A stretch of 28,278 bases of DNA from contig CAVPLM010000015.1 of assembly GCA_963706025.1 (NCBI GenBank), positions 1 through 28,278 on the forward strand. The letters are read 5' to 3'. Below, in pieces: positions 10,014 through 19,037 of the stretch (position 1 is the first letter of the stretch; each line of letters begins with the position of its first letter). The notes under the pieces were generated by a model that saw nothing but the letters and a program-made list of their open reading frames with translations, did no database searches and was not told the origin of the DNA. Origin of the DNA: an uncultured Actinomycetes bacterium. GTDB taxonomy: Bacteria > Actinomycetota > Thermoleophilia > RBG-16-64-13. Both the position numbers and the translations under genes were made by a program.

Positions 10014-11666
10014 ATGCCGGTCACAGTCGCGCAGATACTCGAACTCGACGTGCTCAAAGAAGCGCGCCTGCTGGCCGGCGCGGCCGGACTGGACCGGAGG
10101 GTGAGCTCCGTGACGGTGGGAGAAGTCCCCGACATCGCGGATTGGCTTTCCGGGGGAGAGATGGTCCTCTCCACCATGTACGCGGTCAGGGGCAATCTGG
10201 AGCGCCAACGGGAGTTCTGCCGGCGGGTGATGATGGCGGGTGCCGCCGCCCTGTTCGTCAAGACTACCCGCTTCGTCGAGAGCGTGCCCGCAGACGTCAT
10301 CGCACTGGCCGAGAAGCGCAAGTTCCCCATCATCGAGGTCCCTCAGGGACTGCGCTGGACCCGACTCATGCAGGACGCCGCGGAAGTGATCATCAATCGC
10401 CAGGCTTCGCAGTTGGAGCAGTCGCACGCGATACACCGCAGTCTCCTGGGGGTGGTGATCCGCGGAGGAGGCTGGCAGGAATTGGCCGACGAGGCAGCTC
10501 ACCTCTTGGCGAACCCGGTCGTTATCCTCGACATCTCTCTGGAAGTGTTGGCCGTGTCGGAGGGTCTTCCGCTCGCGACCGCCGACCTCGAGCTGCGACT
10601 AGGGAAGCCGGAGGTGCGTGAACGCTTCAACAGCGCGGCCCGCGAGGACAAGCTCTTCCGCGTCCAGGAAGGGGACCTCCCCACGATGTTCGTGCTACCG
10701 ATCGTGGCCAGTCACAAGCGACTGGGCTACGTGTGCGCTCTTAGTGACGCCCCGGACCTCTCGTCGATGGAGACGTTGGCGCTTGAGCATTCTGCCACCA
10801 TAGCCGCCCTGGGGATGGCTCAGGACAGGGTGCGTTTCGAGACGGAAGTCCGTCTGAAAGGGGATTTCGTCGACGACGTCATCAACGGGGGGGAGCCGGG
10901 TGGTGATTCCCTCCTGCGCCGGGGCGCCTTCCTGGGGTGCGATCTTGGCCAGGGAGCTACGGTCATGCTCCTGGGGGTCGATGAGTTCGACGGGCTCGTC
11001 GCCCGGAAGGGCTTGGACCAGGAGGCACTCGACAAGGCCGTCGAGCGCTTCTTCTCGTTGTGCTCTCGCTTCCTGTCGTCATCCGAGCCGTCTTCGCTCG
11101 TCAGCCTCAAATCGGGACACGTGGTGATCTTCGTATGCGGCAAGACCGCCCACGATACAAACGCTTTGGGGCGTTTGGCCGCGGTGTTGCAGGGTATGGG
11201 TCAGAAGGCAGGAGGACTGAGCATCTCCATCGGCGTGGGGGGGGTCGCTCCTGACTCCGCGCAGATGGGCAGGGGCTACCAGGAAGCGCTTGTGGCTCTC
11301 AAGGTAGGGCGGAAGCTGAACGGTCCCGGAAGCGTGCTTCATTTTCGCGACGTGGGAACGTACCGGCTTCTTTTGGACATATGGGAGAGAGATCCCGATG
11401 AGGTCCGTCATCTGTACGAGGAGACCATCGGACCGGTGGATCGGTACGACCAGGCGAACGGGACCCAACTCACCCAGACCCTGCTTGTGTTCTTCAGGAA
11501 CAACGAGAGCCTCACCAAGACGGCGGCCGAGCTCTACGCTCACCGGCATACCATCCGCTATCGCCTGGAGAAGATCGCTGAGATAAGCGGGCTGAGCGCG
11601 TTCCAGACCGAGCACAAAGAGCGCCTCGGCCTGGGCCTAAAGGCTCGGAGCCTGCTTACCAGCTAA
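10014..11666 (+). CDS. PucR/CdaR-family transcriptional regulator
   Basis: N-terminal PucR ligand domain (LLAGAAGLDRRV..EVPDIADWLSGGEMVLST), central GGDEF-like region, and C-terminal HTH (SLTKTAAELYAHRHTIRYRLEKI). Confidence 0.92.
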   Translation: MPVTVAQILELDVLKEARLLAGAAGLDRRVSSVTVGEVPDIADWLSGGEMVLSTMYAVRGNLERQREFCRRVMMAGAAALFVKTTRFVESVPADVIALAEKRKFPIIEVPQGLRWTRLMQDAAEVIINRQASQLEQSHAIHRSLLGVVIRGGGWQELADEAAHLLANPVVILDISLEVLAVSEGLPLATADLELRLGKPEVRERFNSAAREDKLFRVQEGDLPTMFVLPIVASHKRLGYVCALSDAPDLSSMETLALEHSATIAALGMAQDRVRFETEVRLKGDFVDDVINGGEPGGDSLLRRGAFLGCDLGQGATVMLLGVDEFDGLVARKGLDQEALDKAVERFFSLCSRFLSSSEPSSLVSLKSGHVVIFVCGKTAHDTNALGRLAAVLQGMGQKAGGLSISIGVGGVAPDSAQMGRGYQEALVALKVGRKLNGPGSVLHFRDVGTYRLLLDIWERDPDEVRHLYEETIGPVDRYDQANGTQLTQTLLVFFRNNESLTKTAAELYAHRHTIRYRLEKIAEISGLSAFQTEHKERLGLGLKARSLLTS

Positions 11667-11674
11667 TACCGCTC

Positions 11675-11702
11675 AGCTCTGGGGCTTGTTCAGCCCCGGG
11701 CT
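11675..11702. terminator. Hairpin between the convergent pucR and ybjQ genes
   Basis: Core ggggct-tgttc-agcccc (11681-11697) with an imperfect extension; no U-tract. Confidence 0.4.
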
Positions 11703-12031
11703 CATTCCGGCTCGACGATGGCGGCGGTACCGTAGGCCAGCACCTCGGTCATGTTGTTGCCGAGATCGGTCGCGTCGTACTTGACGGCTATGACGGCATT
11801 GGCGCCCATTTGCTCGGCATGCTGCACCATCCAGGAGAAGGCTTCGGCCCGGGTCTGCTCGCACAACTCGATGTACTCGGGGATCTGGCCTCCGCCCAGG
11901 GTGCGCAGGGAGGCGGTGATCTGGCTGCCGATCCAGCGGGCCCGTACCGTGACTCCGCGTACGACTCCAAGGGTGTGGACCACCCGGTAGCCGGGGATCG
12001 TCAGGCCTGTGGTGGTCAAGCGGTGATCCAT
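11702..12031 (-). CDS. ybjQ: YbjQ / UPF0145 family protein
   Basis: 109 aa with TTTGLTIPGYRV..LGVVRG, GGQIPEY, GANAVIAVKYD and EVLAYGTA. Strong RBS AGAAAGGA. Confidence 0.92.
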   Translation of the reverse strand: MDHRLTTTGLTIPGYRVVHTLGVVRGVTVRARWIGSQITASLRTLGGGQIPEYIELCEQTRAEAFSWMVQHAEQMGANAVIAVKYDATDLGNNMTEVLAYGTAAIVEPE

Positions 12032-12046
12032 GATTTGTCCTTTCTT

Positions 12047-12342
12047 GTGTTGGGACTACGCACCGCTTCCGGCTGCGCGATAGCGTATCGCGACTCCTCC
12101 ACCGGTGCGTAGCCCCAGCACCCGCATGTCGGTCGGAACGGATAGGTGTGACTTTAGCGCTAATCGGAGCTGCATACCGGTTCCGGCTGCGCGATAGCAT
12201 ATCGCGACTCCTCCACCGGCATGCGCGCCCGCAACCGGTGTCTCAGTACCAGATGGCTGAGGGATGGGGCATCGCGACTCCTCCACCGGCACGTAGCCCC
12301 GTCGCTCACTGTGTCGGTCTAAGTCAGGTGTGACTTTAGCGC
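12047..12342. repeat. Tandem imperfect repeat region with nested stem-loops
   Basis: 39-nt core at 12067-12105 and 12181-12219 (38/39), a partial third copy at 12271-12300, and a perfect 17-nt repeat aggtgtgactttagcgc at 12144-12160 and 12326-12342. Confidence 0.9.
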
Positions 12343-12376
12343 GAAAGGCCCCCCGGCGAACGCCGCGGGGCCTTTC
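12343..12376 (-). terminator. Probable intrinsic terminator downstream of glnA
   Basis: gaaaggcccc (12343-12352) pairs with ggggcctttc (12367-12376), with an inner cggc/gccg stem. Confidence 0.6.
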
Positions 12377-12403
12377 TGAGCTTGTGCGCCTGGCTGGAAG
12401 GAC

Positions 12404-12431
12404 CCGCCCGGCGGCGGGGGCCGCCGGGCGG
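12404..12431. terminator. Perfect 12-bp GC hairpin just after the glnA stop
   Basis: ccgcccggcggc-gggg-gccgccgggcgg. No U-tract, so it may stabilise the mRNA rather than terminate it. Confidence 0.5.
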
Positions 12432-12447
12432 ACAGCAGGGTGGCTGT

Positions 12448-13779
12448 CTAGAGGATCGGGAGGTACCGCGATATCTCGTAAGGGTTGATGAGGGTCTTGT
12501 ACTCGTCCCACTCCGCCCATTTGTTGCGGATGAGGTAGTCGCATACGTGGTTGCCCAGGGCCTCACGCACGAAGCTCGACTTCTCGAACTCCTTGATCGC
12601 CTGATAGAGGTCCTCGGGCAGAGAGTCGATGCCGGCAGCGGCGCGCTCCGCCTCGGTCATCTCGTAGATGTTGTTGCTTGCCTCGGGAGGAAGCTCCATC
12701 CCTTTCTCTATGCCGTCCAGGCCGGCGGCCAGCATGGCGGCGAAGGCCAGGTAGGGGTTGCAGGCAGGGTCGGGGTTGCGTAGCTCCACCCGGGTGGCGT
12801 TCTCTTTGCCCGGCTTGTAGAGGGGCACGCGCACCATGGCCGAACGGTTCCGGCGCGACCAGCAGATGTAGACCGGGGCCTCGTAGCCCGGCACCAGCCG
12901 CTTGTAGGAGTTGATCCACTGGTTGGTGACCAGGGCGATCTCCTTGACGTGAGCGAGGAGACCGGCCACGTACGACTTGCCGACCTTCGACAGGTTGTAC
13001 TCGTCGCTCGCGTCGAAGAAGGCGTTGCGATCGCCCTTGAACAACGACTGGTGCACGTGCATCCCCGAGCCGTTCACCCCGAACATGGGCTTGGGCATGA
13101 AGGTGGCGTAAACCCCCTGGGCCTGGGCGATCTCCTTGACCGTGAGGCGGTAGGTCATGACCTGGTCGGCCATGGTCGTCACGTCTTTGAAGCGGAGGTC
13201 GATCTCGTGCTGGGAAGGGGCGACTTCGTGGTGCGAGTACTCCACCTGGATGCCGAGAGCGTGCAGGGCGTTGATGGTGTCGCGCCGCAGATCACTGCCT
13301 GCGTCCAGAGTGGTGAGGTCGAAATAACCGCCCTGGTCGAGCACGTCGGTGCCGAGGCTGTCCCGAAAGTAGAAGAACTCCAGCTCCGGCCCGACGTTCA
13401 TGGTGTAGCCCATGGCTTCGGCCTTGGCCACCACGTTCTTCAGCACGTTGCGGGGATCGCCGTCATAAGGTTCCCCGGAGGGCTGCTTGATGTCGCAGAA
13501 CATGCGGGCGGTGCCGCCGGCACCGGCCCGCCAGGGCAGCACGGCGAAGGTGCTCGGATCGGGCCAGGCCACCATGTCGGACTCCTCGATGCGGGCGAAG
13601 CCCTCGATCGAGGAACCGTCGAAGCCCATGCCCTCTTCGAACGCGCCCTCGAGCTCCGCGGGGGTGACGGCGAAGCTCTTGAGGAAGCCGAGGACATCGG
13701 TGAACCAGAAGCGGATGAACTTGATCTGTTTCTCTTCGACGATGCGGAGGACATCTTCCTTGGTCAGTTTCTCCGCCAT
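12448..13779 (-). CDS. glnA: Glutamine synthetase type I (alpha-like, about 443 aa)
   Basis: FDGSSIEGF, GPELEFF, HHEVAPSQHEI, FMPKPMFGVNGSGMHVHQS, SYKRLVPGYEAP and RVELRNPD. RBS AAAGGAG precedes the ATG at 13779. Confidence 0.97.
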   Translation of the reverse strand: MAEKLTKEDVLRIVEEKQIKFIRFWFTDVLGFLKSFAVTPAELEGAFEEGMGFDGSSIEGFARIEESDMVAWPDPSTFAVLPWRAGAGGTARMFCDIKQPSGEPYDGDPRNVLKNVVAKAEAMGYTMNVGPELEFFYFRDSLGTDVLDQGGYFDLTTLDAGSDLRRDTINALHALGIQVEYSHHEVAPSQHEIDLRFKDVTTMADQVMTYRLTVKEIAQAQGVYATFMPKPMFGVNGSGMHVHQSLFKGDRNAFFDASDEYNLSKVGKSYVAGLLAHVKEIALVTNQWINSYKRLVPGYEAPVYICWSRRNRSAMVRVPLYKPGKENATRVELRNPDPACNPYLAFAAMLAAGLDGIEKGMELPPEASNNIYEMTEAERAAAGIDSLPEDLYQAIKEFEKSSFVREALGNHVCDYLIRNKWAEWDEYKTLINPYEISRYLPIL

Positions 13780-13830
13780 CAACTGCTCCTTTCACAGTAG
13801 GCGCGTGGGTGGACTTCGTGTTTGTGGACG

Positions 13831-14724
13831 CTAGTAGACATACAGCCTGCCATATGGCCTCGAGGTATAGGGATAGATCTTGACGAAAGGCGCCTCCAAG
13901 ATCGGCTCTGGGTCCAGGTTCATCACCCGGGAGTAGTCGGTGACGATGTCCCGCAGGCGCGCTCGGTCGGCCTCGTCCGGCTCGGCGATGCGCACTTCCT
14001 TGCCCAGTTGATGCTCGGCCACCTCGCCTCGGACGTACATCACGCCCGCGTGCATGCCGGTGCCCACGTAGGAGCCCACCACGCGGCCGCCGTCTCCCCC
14101 AGACCCAGCAGCACGATCTCGCCGCCCGCCATGTACTCGCCGAAGAAGTCGCGCGCGCGGCCGCCCACGACGATCACCGGCCGGCTGTCCCCGTAGGCCT
14201 TCATGTGGATGCCCACCCGGTAGCCCACGTTGCCGCGCACGTAGACCGGCCGCCGCGCATGCCGTAGCCGAGCACGTCGCCGGCGTCGCCGTTGACGATG
14301 ACCAGGCCCGGTTCATGGTGTTCGCCATGCCGTCCTGGGCGTTGTCGTTCACCACCAGCGTGGGACCGTCCATGAAGGCGGCCAGGTCGTTGCCCGGGAC
14401 CCCGTTGATGGTCAGGGTCACCCCCGGGAAGGCGAGGCCGGCGCCGATGTAGCGCTGGCCGTTGACGTTGTCGAGGACGACCTCGGTGGCGCCCCGTTCG
14501 ATCTCCTCGCGGATCTGCTCGTTCAGGGTCTTGTAGTAGATGCCCTGGCCGTCGATGCGGGCGCGGCCGCCCTCGCGGGTGGCCGCACCCCGGTCGGTGC
14601 CCGGCTGGCCGGCCGCGATGCGGGCCGGCTCGATGCCGGTGGGGCCTCTGCGGGCGGGGCCGGTGGGCACGTTCCGGACCGTCGCGGAGTCGGGGGCCAC
14701 GGGCCTGTCCTCGTAGGCCGTCAT
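13831..14724 (-). CDS. gltB3: Split glutamate synthase GXGXG-domain subunit (GltB3-like), frameshifted
   Basis: NVNGQRYIG, GVPGNDLAAFMDG, GNVGYRVGIHMK, DFFGEYMAGG and YVGTGMHAG distributed over three frames. Confidence 0.85.
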   Translation of the reverse strand: MTAYEDRPVAPDSATVRNVPTGPARRGPTGIEPARIAAGQPGTDRGAATREGGRARIDGQGIYYKTLNEQIREEIERGATEVVLDNVNGQRYIGAGLAFPGVTLTINGVPGNDLAAFMDGPTLVVNDNAQDGMANTMNRAWSSSTATPATCSATACAAAGLRARQRGLPGGHPHEGLRGQPAGDRRGRPRARLLRRVHGGRRDRAAGSGGDGGRVVGSYVGTGMHAGVMYVRGEVAEHQLGKEVRIAEPDEADRARLRDIVTDYSRVMNLDPEPILEAPFVKIYPYTSRPYGRLYVY

Positions 14725-14736
14725 CGGCGATGCCCC

Positions 14737-16260
14737 TCACAGGCCGGCGGGCTTGACGCCCAGGATGTCGAGGGTGCTCTCGTCCAGGCCCAGGCCGCGG
14801 AGCCGCTCCCGGCTGCCGCGCAGGCTCTCGATGGCGTTGACGCCCAGGGCGCCCAGGATCTCGGCGATCTCGTGGGTCCAGGCGTGCACCAGGTTGACCA
14901 CCTGCTCGGCGCCCCACTCCGGGTCGAGCCGGCGGGTGAGCTCCGGCCGCTGGGTGCAGATGCCCCAGGAGCAGCTGCCGGTGTGGCACTTCTGGCAGAC
15001 GTGGCAGCCCAGGGCTACCAGGGCGGCGGTGCCGATGGCGCAGGCGTCCGCTCCCAGGGCGATGGCCTTGGCCACGTCGGCCGAGCTGCGGATGCCGCCG
15101 GCCGCCACGATCGAGGCCCGGTTGCGGATGCCCTCGTCGCGCAGGCGCTGGTCGACGACGGCGATGGCGATCTCGATGGGGATGCCCACGTGGTCGCGGA
15201 TGATGGTGGGGGCGGCCCCGGTGCCGCCGCGGAAGCCGTCGAGGTAGACGATGTCGGCCCCGGCCCGCACCACCCCCGAGGCGATGGCGGCCACGTTGTG
15301 CACGCCGGCGATCTTGACCGAGACGGGCTTGTAGCCGGTGGCCTCCTTGAGGGCGTAGATGAGCTGGCGCAGGTCCTCGATGGAGTAGATGTCGTGGTGG
15401 GGGGCCGGCGAGAGGGCGTCGGTGCCCTGCGGGATCATGCGGGTGATGGAGACCTCTCGTCGATCTTCTCGCCGGGCAGGTGGCCGCCGATGCCGGGCTT
15501 GGCGCCCTGGCCGATCTTGATCTCGACGGCCGCGCCGGCCTGCAGGTAGCTCGCGTGCACCCCGAAGCGGCCCGAGGCGCACTGCACGATGATGTGGTCC
15601 TGGTAGGGCTCCAGGTCGGCGTGCAGGCCGCCCTCGCCGGTGTTCATGAAGGTGCCCAGCTCGGCTTGGCGGCCATGGCCAAGGAGCGGTGCACGTTGAG
15701 CGAGACCGAGCCGTAGCTCATGCCCCCGAACATGATGGGCGTCTCCAGCTGGAGCTGGCGGTCGAGCTCGGTGAGCAGGCGCAGGCCGCCGCCCGTTGCG
15801 CTCCGCGGCCACCTCGATCAGAGTCGGGCTTGCGGCCCAGGAAGGTGCGCAGCTCCATGGGCTCGCGCAGCGGGTCGATGGAGGGGTTGGTCACCTGGCA
15901 GGCGTCCAGCAGCAGGTGGTCGAAGATGCGCAGGTAGGGCTTGTCGTTGCCCATGCCGGTGAGCAGCACCCCGCCGGTCTCGGCCTGCCTCCAGATGGCC
16001 TTGCGCAGCTCCGGCGACATGCTGTCGGAGTCCTTGTAGGCCAGGGGGTTCTTCTCGATGGTGATGGCTCCGCCGGGCAGAAGGTCACGCAGCGGTGGCA
16101 GGCGGCGCACTTGGCGTGGTCGGGGATGGGTCGCCGTTCGCGCCTCGTCGAAGTGGTAGACGTTCCAGCCGCACTGCTGCACGCAGCGGCCGCACTTGAG
16201 GCAGGCCTCCCGGTCGATGCGCACCCGGAACTCGGAACGGATGAAGGTCGTGAGCGCCAT
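14737..16260 (-). CDS. gltB2: Split glutamate synthase FMN-binding subunit with N-terminal 4Fe-4S ferredoxin domain (GltB2-like), frameshifted
   Basis: [73 protein letters not shown] and [17 protein letters not shown]. Confidence 0.9.
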
Positions 16261-17542
16261 CACACCACCCCGGACACGGCGGCCTGCCGGGCCGCCCGCC
16301 CTGACCGGCGCCCGATGGGCCTGGGCGATGGCCTTCTGCCGGCCCTTCTCGCTGACGCGGGCGACCACCGGCTCGCCCGCCCGGGGCATCCAGCTCTTCT
16401 CGGGCTTGGGGCAGATCTCGCGGATGGCCGACTCCTCGCTGGCCACGTAGACCGATGTCGCCGTCGCGCGCGGCCACCAGCGGGCGCAGCTTGATGCGGT
16501 CGTTGAGGGCCACCATGCCGTCGCCCATGCCCAGCACCACGGCGAAGGGGCCGTTCAGGAGGGCCGGCCCGTAGACCATGCGCAGGGCGGTGTAGAGCCG
16601 GCGCTGCTCTTCGGGCATGAGGTCGATGTCCTTCCAGAAGGGGCTGGCCAAGGCCTTGCAGGCTATCTCCACCGGCAGGCCGTGCCGGCGCAGCATCAGG
16701 TCGAAGAGGTAGGTGACCACCTCGGTGTCGGTCGCAGAGAGCAGCTGTAGCCGAACCTCTCCAGGTAGCGCTGGTTGATGCCGTAGGAGCTGATCTCGCC
16801 GTTGTGCACGATGCTGTAGTCGAGCAGGGAGAAGGGATGGGCCCCGCCCCACCAGCCGGGGGTGTTGGTGGGGAAGCGGCCGTGGCCGGTCCAGGTCCAA
16901 CCCTGGTACTCGTCGAGGCGGTAGAACTCCCCGATCTCCTCGGGGAAGCCCACGCCTTTGAAGGCGCCCATGTTCTTGCCCGAGGAGGCCACGAAGGCGC
17001 CCTCGATGTGGGTGTTGATGTCCATGACCGCGTGCACCACGTAGTCCTCGGCGGTGAGCTGGGTCTCGGGCAGGCGCTCGTCCGCGATGTCCAGGAAGTA
17101 GCGCCAGAGGATGGGCTCGTCCTCGATGCCGCGGATGGGCTTGGTGGGGATGGGCTCGTCCATGACCACGCGAAGTGCTTCTGGAGGTAGTACTCGGTGT
17201 CTTCCTTGGCCACGTCGTCGTTGTAGAGCAGATGGAAGCAGAACAGGTGGGGAAGTCGGGGTAGATGCCGTAGCCGGCGAACCCGCCGCCCAGCCCGTTG
17301 CCGCGGTCGTGCATGGAGGCCATGCTGCGCACGGCCAGCTCGCCGCTCATGCGGGCGCCCGATTCGTCGCACACCCCCATGAGGCCGCAGCCGCCCAGGA
17401 TGCGCTGCTCGGCTTCCTCCCTGTAGCTCGGCCGGGGCGCGAAATGGCGCCCAAGCTCGGACCGGGCCACGGGCGCGGCCGCTCCGATCCGGCCGCTGTT
17501 ATCGCCGTCAAGGTCGCGCGGTCTCATCCCCGGCCCTGTCAT
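16260..17542 (-). CDS. gltB1: Split glutamate synthase class II glutamine amidotransferase subunit (GltB1-like), frameshifted
   Basis: GGCGLMG (Ntn Cys), [44 protein letters not shown] and DRIKLRPL. The ATG at 17542 overlaps the upstream stop (ATGA). Confidence 0.88.
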
Positions 17543-18870
17543 TCCCGGTCCTCTGTCTCTTCGAGGATCGTCCTCAGTTCGTCGAAGCCATTCCCGGGAA
17601 GGGAGGGGAGACCCAGCCTCTCTCGGGCGGTGGACCTGGGCGTGCCCAGCATCCCGGTGTCCGCGAAGGTCTGATAGTTGGAGCGGACGGCTACCGGGAC
17701 TTTGCCCTCTTCCTGGGCCAACCACTTGAGTCGCTGGAACACGTCCGCCATGCCCATGCGGCTGTGGCAGTGCTCGTAACAGGTCAGGCAGTCGGAGCAG
17801 CGCCAGATATCACCGCGCTCGAGGATCCCTTCCAGATCGCCGGCCAGAAGCTCCCCCATGATGGCCGAAGGCAGGAACCGGTCGTCGGAGCGGGCGACAG
17901 GGCAGTCGTCGTCGCAGGCCTTGCAGGCGGCGCAGGTCTGCAGCTCGGTCAGCTCGAAATCGCGGGAGACAGACTCTCGCTGAGCGAGCTTGAGCGGCCA
18001 TTTCTCCAGGAACGGCGCCACGCTCACCCGGTGCATGTCCAGCCCCAGCTCACTCGGATCCATGCCCAAGGCCAGAGCGATCAACTCCGTGATGTAGAAG
18101 ACCGGGACGCCTGCCTCTCCGGCCGCGCGCAGCTGGGTGGCCTGGTTGAGGTCGAACTGTAGGAAACAAGAAGGGCACGAGACCACCAGGGCGTCGGCCC
18201 CTTGGTCGCGGATATCGGAGAGCTTCCGCTCGCACATGTCCAGAGAGGCCTGGCGCTCTCCCACCCGGTCCAGGGCGTTGCCGCAGCAGTCCATCTTGGT
18301 CTCATAGTCGACCACGGTCGCTCCCAAAGCCCGTACCAACTGCTCGAACTTGGTAGGCGCGAGGGGACTATCCCAACGGATGGCGGGGCTGGGACGGAGT
18401 AGGTGACAGCCGTAGTGCACGGCGATCCGCATGCCCCAGAGAGGCTTGACCACGCGCTTGCTCAGGGCGGCCGGTCCCAGGTCTTCGCTCAGCCATTCCA
18501 CCAAGTGCCAGACGTCCGCGTCACCCCTGTACTGGACCCCGCCCGGGGCCAGACGGCGGTTCACGCTCTCATGCAGCCGCCAATCGACCTTGAGGGTGGA
18601 GATCACCGACTTGAAGGTGGAGTAGCATCCGTTGCAGGGGGTGAGCAGGGGATGGCCTTGACGCTCGGCTACGGCCAGATTGCGGGCCGCCGTCAGGTAG
18701 TAGGCCTCCTCGTCCACGGCCTTGACCAAGGTCGTCTCCGGGCAACAGGTGAAACCGTCGGCGTCCACCAGGTCGATCCCCAACTCGCGAACCACCAGGC
18801 GGGTAGCCTTTTCAATGAAAGGGAAGCGGGCAGGGATGGTGCAACCCCAGAACATGGTCATCCGTCTCAT
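17539..18870 (-). CDS. HdrB-like (two CCG domains) protein fused to a C-terminal HdrC-like 2x[4Fe-4S] domain
   Basis: Intact 443-aa ORF: FWGC..CCP..AARNLA..CNGC; HYGCH..CCG..CPSC..QFD; then [12 protein letters not shown] and [14 protein letters not shown]. Confidence 0.9.
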   Translation of the reverse strand: MRRMTMFWGCTIPARFPFIEKATRLVVRELGIDLVDADGFTCCPETTLVKAVDEEAYYLTAARNLAVAERQGHPLLTPCNGCYSTFKSVISTLKVDWRLHESVNRRLAPGGVQYRGDADVWHLVEWLSEDLGPAALSKRVVKPLWGMRIAVHYGCHLLRPSPAIRWDSPLAPTKFEQLVRALGATVVDYETKMDCCGNALDRVGERQASLDMCERKLSDIRDQGADALVVSCPSCFLQFDLNQATQLRAAGEAGVPVFYITELIALALGMDPSELGLDMHRVSVAPFLEKWPLKLAQRESVSRDFELTELQTCAACKACDDDCPVARSDDRFLPSAIMGELLAGDLEGILERGDIWRCSDCLTCYEHCHSRMGMADVFQRLKWLAQEEGKVPVAVRSNYQTFADTGMLGTPRSTARERLGLPSLPGNGFDELRTILEETEDRE

Positions 18871-18960
18871 AGCGCGCTCACCACCCTGTGTCGCTACCAG
18901 TCAACCCTTGCCGGCCCCGCCTCAACGGGACGCAGGGAGAATAGCAACAGAAGAGCGTGT

Positions 18961-19018
18961 GTGGTCTATCCAGGTGGCCTATCTTTGGCCGGTCTGGATG
19001 TACAGTTGGATAGACCGC
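18961..19018. promoter_or_regulatory. Inverted repeat upstream of the hdrBC-glt-glnA operon
   Basis: gtggtctatcca (18961-18972) and tggatagaccgc (19007-19018), 11/12 complementary. Confidence 0.45.
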
Positions 19019-19037
19019 AGGCCGGCGGCGCCCCCGG

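Noticed and set aside
12047-12342. CRISPR array, or glycine/glutamine/SAM riboswitch
   Set aside because: There are only 2-3 irregularly spaced repeats and no cas genes. GGAG..GCCGGAAG loosely recalls the glycine aptamer, but the third stem and CUCAGG are missing, and I see no glnA-motif or SAM-I consensus.
11673-12566. ORFs spanning the ybjQ upstream repeat region
   Set aside because: The translations only mirror the DNA repeats or overlap ybjQ/glnA in other frames, with no RBS or protein-like composition.
15718-16446. Apparent GltB1-GltB2 in-frame fusion
   Set aside because: A TGATG stop/start overlap at 16258-16262 fits two coupled genes, and the region is rich in indels.
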